Source: Seison nebaliae
Taxonomy: Eukaryota
Length of the DNA: 48,261 nt
Assembly (NCBI GenBank): GCA_023231475.1
Contig: JALJEE010001568.1
Coordinates: forward strand, 1-48,261
Direction: 5' to 3'
In this document: positions 41,101-48,261 of the stretch, piece after piece
Layout: every line of letters begins with the position of its first letter
Numbering within the stretch: the stretch's first letter is position 1
The notes under the pieces: model-generated
Seen by the model: the letters and a program-made list of their open reading frames with translations, nothing else
Told to the model about the DNA's origin: nothing
Database searches by the model: none
Made by a program: the position numbers and the translations under genes

Positions 41101-42896
41101 TGTTAAGAGTGGAAGAGATATTGGATGGAATGTTCGTCGACAAATCGTCATCCTTCAACAGATTTCCGTTATCTCGTAAATAATCGAATCGAACTTCCTC
41201 CCAATACGAATATTGATTCTGTATCGTCGAGACGATACGATGAAGAATATTTTGGAAAGATTCACTTTTCCTTCGAATTTCGTCTGATCGAACAGTCAAA
41301 ATATTCGGACATTCTTTCTCCTCCATCTCTATCGGAATAATCGAATCATTATGAAATCGATAACAATCGTTCCGATTCTCTTCATTTCCACATCCCTCAC
41401 ACAATAATTGCCCACATTGCAGACAAATGAATTTCACATGAAATTTCAAATGGAAAGGACAAATTATTCTCCGATGAACTCTCTCCAAATTTCTCATTAG
41501 TAAATTGACAGTTCTCTCTTTCTTCTCATCAGCTTTTATTTGTTTCTTCGAAATTTCCAATTCCAATTTACCGGATGGTAATCGATCTTTCCGTAGAATC
41601 GGTGCCACATGAATACTCACGTCATTAATCAATAATTCTTTTTTGACGGTTTGATGATTGTGAAAAATCTTCATCAGTCGATGTACATCGATACAACGTT
41701 CGCATAAATAACATTCACAATCGTAACAAAAATTTAATAGAATTTCATTTTTGTTCATTTTCTCCGTACGATCTCTCCACTCTTCGTGTAATCGTTCACT
41801 ACATTGTCCACAGTTGTAGGGCATGTGATTGAATAATAATTTCCGCAGATATTTCTTCGATGAGTTTGTGGTGGTTGAGAGAGTTGAAGAATTTTTTTTG
41901 AAGAAAATCGAATTGACCATTTCATTATGATCTATTTCATCCTTCTCTTTCTCATCAATAATGACATGCTCCTCTATCATATCGCCTTTATCTTCCTGTT
42001 CTTCTTCATTTTCATCTTTATTTTCTTCTTCTCCGATTCTTCTTTCTATTTCCATATTATTCGATGACGGTAAAGGTGAAGAAGACGAATTAGTTTTATT
42101 TGAAAGAATCCCAATCGGTGGTAATAAATCAACGAGATAATTCGATATTTTATGTTGGAAATCCTTCTCCGTTAACATGCATGAATGATCGTTCTGAGAA
42201 TTCTTTATTTGTTCCGATAACTTTTCTACACTCTTCGAATTGAATTGAGAAATCTGGAAACAAATGGGACATAAAATCATCGGTAAATTACTGAACGAAT
42301 TAATGATTTCATGAACATGGGTCATTTCATTCGGAGTTGTTGTTATTGTTGGTTGTGGTAGTGGTGGTGGTATAGACGGTGACGATGATGATGTAGGTGA
42401 ATTTGATTTCTTTGATAATTTGTCTTGTTCATAAGACTCGATGAATATCTCTCGAGAATTGATGTTAATCGAATGAAAATCATCATCCACATAGATGTGA
42501 GTGATACGGAGAAGTGCATGAATGAATAAAGTGGAGAATCGATCATTCGAATTAATCATGGTATAAAGATCGTTAGTAGAGAAAGAACAAATATGTTCAA
42601 CGATACAATTCTCACAAAATGAATGGAGACACATGAGAGATTTCATTGAGAATTTCGATTGTTTTTTCAAACAGAATAAACAATATCCTTTCTCCAAAAG
42701 AATTTCCATTCGATTTCTCGTCGATAATGATGGCATGAAATCATTATTTTCTTCATCATCTCTCACTGATGACACATTATATTGAATCGATATCGGTAAA
42801 AGAACAACATGTCTTTGCGGATATATATCAATATTCATCGCTTCATATAAATTACGGAATTGTTCCTCTAAACAAAAATTGAAATCAATTCTCTTC

Positions 42897-42943
<47 letters not shown>

Positions 42944-43801
42944 GTTGTTTGTTGGTAATTCCGAATTGAAATTGACAATGGAATTCTTTTGTGGTAAATT
43001 GAGAACATCGATATTATCAAGATTATCATTATTGTTATTATTTTGATTCATCATCATCATCATTTGATCATTAAATTTATGGTTTCTTTGACGGTTATAA
43101 GACGACGTTGATGATGATGATGATGATGTGATGATATGATCGCGATAATTATTTATTTGTAAATCTGATTTCGTCTCATTTTCCAATTGACAATTGAACA
43201 TTTTTATTAGGGATCGATCTTTGGTGATCGATGGTGAATTTGTGGTCATATATCTCTGATCATAAATCGGTCGATTAAACATGGCATTCGCCATCATTTC
43301 ACTACGTCCAAATAAGAAATGTGTTGGAGCACCCGAGTCAAAATATACCATATTCCGACCATCATCATATCTCGTAGATTGTTGATGGAAATCGGATGGT
43401 TGTGAATAATATTCGGTCGAATTATCGAAATTATCATTTGAATTAATTAAATTTAAACGTTCGTTATAATATTTTACATCGTCGTTGGGTAATCGATTTC
43501 GATTCGAGTGATTGAAATAAACATCGTCACAAACCGATCGAGATTTGATGGCCGTTTGACGATTTCTTTTCGCACTCTCCTTCTTGTCGTTTAGACACCA
43601 ATCGAAAATTTTCGATTGTTTCTTCGGTGCCGGTTTATCTTTCTCCTCTCCATCAGGATAATGGATGGAATCGAAATCATTCCGATCTGTGTCCGTCAAC
43701 AAATTATTTAGAAGTGACAATACATTTCTCTCACTCGCATTTGCTTCGCCTTCCAATTCATCGTTCGTCGAATCCGTCTCATTTGTCAATTGCCCTTTCA
43801 T
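38146..43801 (-). CDS. brat: TRIM-NHL protein brat/ncl-1 (RING, two B-boxes, coiled coil, NHL), about 1870 aa, 2 coding exons
   Basis: PRQKIVYHMKFGENG...QFSEPSGIA, ADTNNHRIQ, YPNRVA, TERSPTHQIQ, LQHPRG, VVECK|VMRVIIF, SDNRAHC, TNYPIGV, DNHNNFN, VKHCQCFDVAL. Intron 38854-38896. Confidence 0.95.
42897..42943. repeat. (TTA)n microsatellite encoding poly-Asn in brat
   Basis: Pure trinucleotide run of about 15 units within the ORF. Confidence 0.9.
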
Positions 43802-45051
43802 TCACTTTCATTCGAATTCTCAAATTAAATTCGACTTTATACACGTCTTTTATCGGCAATTTTATCTGATTGACACGAATTTGTTCGTTCAGATAAAAAT
43901 CGATAAATCTTCTTTAAAGTTAAATTTTAATTCGTTTCTTTCTTCCTCTTGAAATGTTTCTGTTAAAGAATGAAAAGTGGATGATGATGAATGACAGGAA
44001 AGAGATCAACACCAGAAAAGAAATTACAGAAATTTAATGAAAAAGAAAATTTGAAAAGAAAATTTTTTTTAAAAAGGAACAAAATTCAGAAAATTAAAGT
44101 TGAAAGAGAAAAAAGAATTACCAAATCTACTTTTCCTCCCTAACATTTATTCTCCACGACGACGTATCGTACTATCTTGAGGAATTGTCATGAGAAAGAA
44201 AACTCGTCAATTCTCATTCTCCTCCGATAAAATAAATAAAGGAATTTGGATTTTATTTGAAAAAATTTATTTATTTTTTAAAAAAGTTCAATTAAAATCT
44301 TTTTTGTCATTCCACATTGTCAGATGGAAAATGGATCGATCCATCCATCATTCTCCCCTCACTCCTCCTCCAATCGACACCGATATGAAGTATTATCTTC
44401 CCTTTGTTTTTATTATTATGATCGCTAGTAAATCTCAAGTAAAATAAATAGGACAATTTATTGTGAGAGAAAGAAATGGGAAAGATGTTGTGAGGAAAAA
44501 TTTAAGAAAAATTTTATATTCAAATTTTAAGTTTAACGATTCGAATTTTTATTGACTTAAAATATTCTCCATCCTCTATCCACCATCTCCACGAGTTAGT
44601 GGACAGTGAATAATCGAATGTGAGTTCTGATAAGCATCATAACAATATTACATATATAGTATGTATATATCTATATATTATATAGGAATCATCGGAAATA
44701 AAGAGAAAATTGAGTTTGAATTGAAAAAAAAAATAGTAAAATTTTTTTCTTCTTTAAATGATATTACTGACAGTCAATTAAATTTCTTATCTCTCTCTTT
44801 CTCTCTCTTTCTGTTATTTAATTTTACATAATTTAATCTTCTTATTTATTCCATCTTTTTGAGGAAGAGAGAGAATTGTGTTTAGAAAGTGGAGATATAG
44901 ATAGAGACCCACCTATAGAAAGAGATAGTATACCTATATAAGAATTTTTTTAGAAATTTTATTAACATGCCACATAAATATACACAATCGAGATCTATTA
45001 TTTTTAATTCCATAAACGATTATTATTCTAGTTGTTGTTGTTGCTGTTAAT

Positions 45052-46256
45052 TTATCCTCCTTTCATTATTTGACGTTGTTTCATAGGTGATGATTCTGTC
45101 GTTCGTTCAATTTCTATCGATTTCCTCGATCTTCCTTTCTTCTTCTTATTCTTTCCATCATCATCCGTCGTCGTTGTCGTCGTTGTCATTTCCGTATCCT
45201 TCAAAACGATTTCTAATGAAATTGGTGAGAAGAGAAAGAAGAAACTTCTATATCATCACAATCTGATTCACTTAAATCCTCAACAAATCCTCGATATAAT
45301 TCCTCTTCGTCACTATCATCCTCATCGTCTTCGTGATCATCTTCGAAATAACTTTGACTTCTGAAGGATGGAAATAAACAATTTTTTTGGACAAAATTTT
45401 TTTGTAACATTTTCTCTTTATTAACATCTTCTGTTGCGTCATCATCAACAATTTCAACTTCTTTTAATGCGTTATCAAACGCCATTTGAGAGAAATTATA
45501 AATTTCTCCGTACTAAAATCGGAAGAATTTTGAGAAAATTTGATGGAAATATTTTGGAGAAACTGTTCCTTCTTTCAGACGTTGAATTAATTCACTTTCA
45601 ATCGATTTAGTTATATTGGCTGCTGCTAACGCTTTCACTTCTCGTCGTTCTTCTCGTCTCGTAATCTTTTTGTTAAGTGGAATCACTTTCCTAATAAACA
45701 GTAATTAAATATGTCAAAAAGATGAAATGAAAATTTTACTGTTTCTGATTTGCGAGTCGTCTCATTCGAATGAGATATTGATGGATTCTGGTTAAACGTT
45801 GTTTACATTTATTTCTCAATTTTCTTTTCATAGAATGAATAGAAAAGAAAAAGAAGAAAAATCTAACGAATCCCAATAGATCAAATTAACGTCGATCTGT
45901 TCGAGAGCTTTCTCGAAATTAGCTGGCAATTCTATTTTTTCCCATAATTTTGCAGGTAAGTGTGAACGTTCTACCACTTTCATGTATAAGTAACATTTTC
46001 CTTTTTCTTCTCGAATTGTCGCATATTGAGCATTGGCTAAAGGACATGAAGTTCGATTGCAGAGACCACTGACATTGAACTGATTTCTACAGAAGCTCAA
46101 CGGTCTTGATCTAATTTAATGAAAATAAAAATAAGTTCGAAATGTTTTAACTTCACTTTGTAACTGCAGAAATTATTGCCAATGACACTCCAAATGACCT
46201 AAACAGATTTTATTAAGGATTAAAAAATTTGGTTGACTAACATCATCATTCTGCAT
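45052..46256 (-). CDS. MAK16: MAK16 ribosome biogenesis factor, 8 exons
   Basis: [82 protein letters not shown], acidic tail. Confidence 0.95.
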
Positions 46257-46867
46257 TATCTATCTCCAGTTGCAGCTAGTTTTCTGAACAATTTCTTTGG
46301 AAAACATGAGTTCATCTACAAAAACTTTTTATCTTCGTATCTTTTATCGTAAATAATATGTTTTATTTTTTAAATTTTTAGTTTATCTAATCACGTGAAT
46401 AATTAAATGACCTTAAAATTTAAAATGAAATTTAATTTGAAATTTAAATGACTTTATGACCTTTAATAGAAGTTAGTGGAAATTCTATAACACCATATAC
46501 ATATAGTATAAACTAGTTTCTACTTTCTTTAAAAATTTAACAACTTTACCAGAATTTCTGTTATTATTGTTGATATCAGTTTATTCTAAACAATTTGAAA
46601 TTGACTGACTTACTTCTCAATTTTCAAGTAGTTTCTTTCAATACTAGAACTTTCATTTTACTTTTATTATAAGTTTAATATTTAAATTTGTTCTTACAAT
46701 AATTGATGTTAGGACATTTACTTGGTTAGTTATGGATTTAATGTAATTGGTCTGGAATTAAAAAAAAAAACTTAGTTATTTAAAATTGAAATTAGTAAAT
46801 GAAATAAAAAGAAAAAGAAAAATTCTGCAAAATTCATTGAACAATGATCGACTAAATTTTATAATTA

Positions 46868-47350
46868 TTATAACATAAAATTATCTGACACATATCTGAC
46901 ATTTGGTGGCACATAAAGATTTGATTTGATGTTTTCGGATAATGGTTTTGATTCTTTTAGGACGACGTATAACGGACCAACGAATTCTCCCATGGCATTT
47001 ATAATCGGCATTATGGTATACGAATGCGTACATGCAGATTTATTTCGAAATAAGCCACGGATGTGCTTCTTGCCAATTTCCGATAAAGTTTTTCCGCTGG
47101 TCAATTCCAAATTAAAACCACTTCGATCGGAATTGATTATTTTGCTTTTCGATATTTTTGGATCGAAAATCGTATCCTTTATCTTATGGACAAATATCCT
47201 GGAACTTTCTTCAATAATTTCTTCGTTATCAACTTCTTTTGTAGTAGTAAATTTTGTAATTTTTCTACTTACTATTCCAAAACGTTGTTTAAACTTCGTT
47301 ATGTACGATTGAGATAATGTAAGATAAGGAATATCCAAATCTCTTGCCAA
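46868..47350 (-). mobile_element. Truncated pogo/Tc5-like (Tc1/mariner superfamily) transposase fragment
   Basis: CENP-B-type HTH end (YITKFKQRFGIVSRKITKF), then NSDRSGFNLELTSGKTL and THSYTIMPIINAMG...PLYVVLKE. There is no ATG start and the ORF stops before the later catalytic residues. Confidence 0.8.
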
Positions 47351-47473
47351 TTTACTTCCAATAGTTAATAATATATTAATAGATCGATATCTTTTACAAC
47401 TATATTTTTGGCACGGAGCTGGAGAAAATGTTCATATAGTGTCTCTTTGAAATTGAATAGCTGCTCCTGCTGT

Positions 47474-47640
47474 TAGTTTAAACTCTTTTGATTTACTGAA
47501 CTTTAGTTTAAACTGTTTTTTGATAGTAGTGATGATAAAAAATTAGTTTAAACTATTTCAACTTAAAAAACTTTAGTTTAAACTTAATTAAAACTTTTCT
47601 GAACTAGCATTTTTGCTAGTTTAAACCGATTAGTTTATAC
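47474..47640. repeat. Cluster of TAGTTTAAAC repeats, probable hAT subterminal sites
   Basis: Copies start at 47474, 47504, 47544, 47574, 47617, with a variant TAGTTTATAC at 47631, immediately 3' of the hAT ORF. Confidence 0.75.
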
Positions 47641-48261
47641 TTTTTAGTTTTTATTGTCACCGTAGCGGGAACAGATAAAGTTCGGTTATAAATTTTATAT
47701 AAGCGTTTGAATTTGTAGTTTGACTGTTTCCAGTATTCTGTTATATCTTCACAATTGTTTACGATTTCTTCATTATATAGTCTTAATTCCACAGAAATAG
47801 AAGAATTTTTATTCTTTGCGGAAGATGCTTTTTTCTCCAAAAATTTAAAATAATGTAATAAATTGTCATCGCTAAAATCTTCCTCTTCATCGCCCATTGG
47901 TTCTTCTGAAATATTATTTTCCATACAAGTTTTAACAATTTTCTTTATTGAAATTGTTTTGCAGTCATCCAAACTGTATCGATATATTGGATGTAGAAAC
48001 GTACTTATAGCATAAATATTATCAAAACGAAAGTGATTTTCGTCCATAATATGTTGAAATCTGTGCTCTATTATTTTCACCATCATTCGACTTTCATACG
48101 AGTTTATCATATATACGTATAACTATTAGTCTCGCTAATTGCTACCAAACTATTTGTTTCTTCAATTTCTTCCATATTTGGAATTTTTTGGAACATTGCC
48201 ACCATGTTACTAGCATTATCCGTAACGATATAATTTACTTTTTGATAAATGTTCCATTCAA
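47616..48261 (-). mobile_element. Internally deleted hAT transposase relic, running off the window end
   Basis: YIVTDNASNMVAMF at about 48190-48235; in another frame AISTFLHPIYR and the dimerisation-domain start YWKQ...LYKIYNRTLSVPAT, lacking the following ERxFS. Confidence 0.85.

Noticed and set aside
28212..43952. Many alternative-frame and antisense ORFs within FoxN and brat (poly-Y, poly-V, poly-I)
   Set aside because: Trinucleotide repeats suppress stops in other frames; no independent coding signal.
34241..46256. Functional cluster of RPL32, brat/ncl-1 and MAK16 (ribosome biogenesis)
   Set aside because: Mixed strands, unrelated genes between them, no shared motif seen; adjacency alone is not evidence.
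47474..47640. CRISPR-like repeat-spacer array
   Set aside because: Repeats are only 10-12 bp, spacers are irregular, the genome is eukaryotic and no cas genes are present; hAT subterminal repeats explain it better.

Overview
This is AT-rich nuclear DNA from an animal with a compact genome and tiny introns, not a prokaryote, so the ORF track shows exon fragments. The taxon cannot be fixed from the window; a compact-genome spiralian invertebrate is my guess. Hand-spliced, it contains in order: a fibrinogen-like last exon, tRNA-Arg(TCG), a TM-RING gene, an orphan single-pass membrane gene, a conserved multipass membrane gene (NFGxGL family), two tandem Polo-like kinases, an intronless non-alpha nAChR subunit, a KIF28/KLP-6-like kinesin-3, a reduced CLASP, a FoxN1/4-like factor, a COX7B-like (Deltameth_res) gene, a second orphan membrane gene, RPL32, an expanded NTAN1, brat/ncl-1, MAK16, and adjacent pogo/Tc5-like and hAT transposase relics. 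The strongest unexpected signal is the splicing code. Of about 45 introns placed in recognisable genes, all but one start GTT instead of GTA/GTG, with no conserved +5 G. Most are 40-58 nt, AGs closer than about 40 nt to the donor are skipped, and AAG acceptors are common. This suggests lineage-specific 5' splice-site recognition. All gene models are manual and unverified by RNA data.
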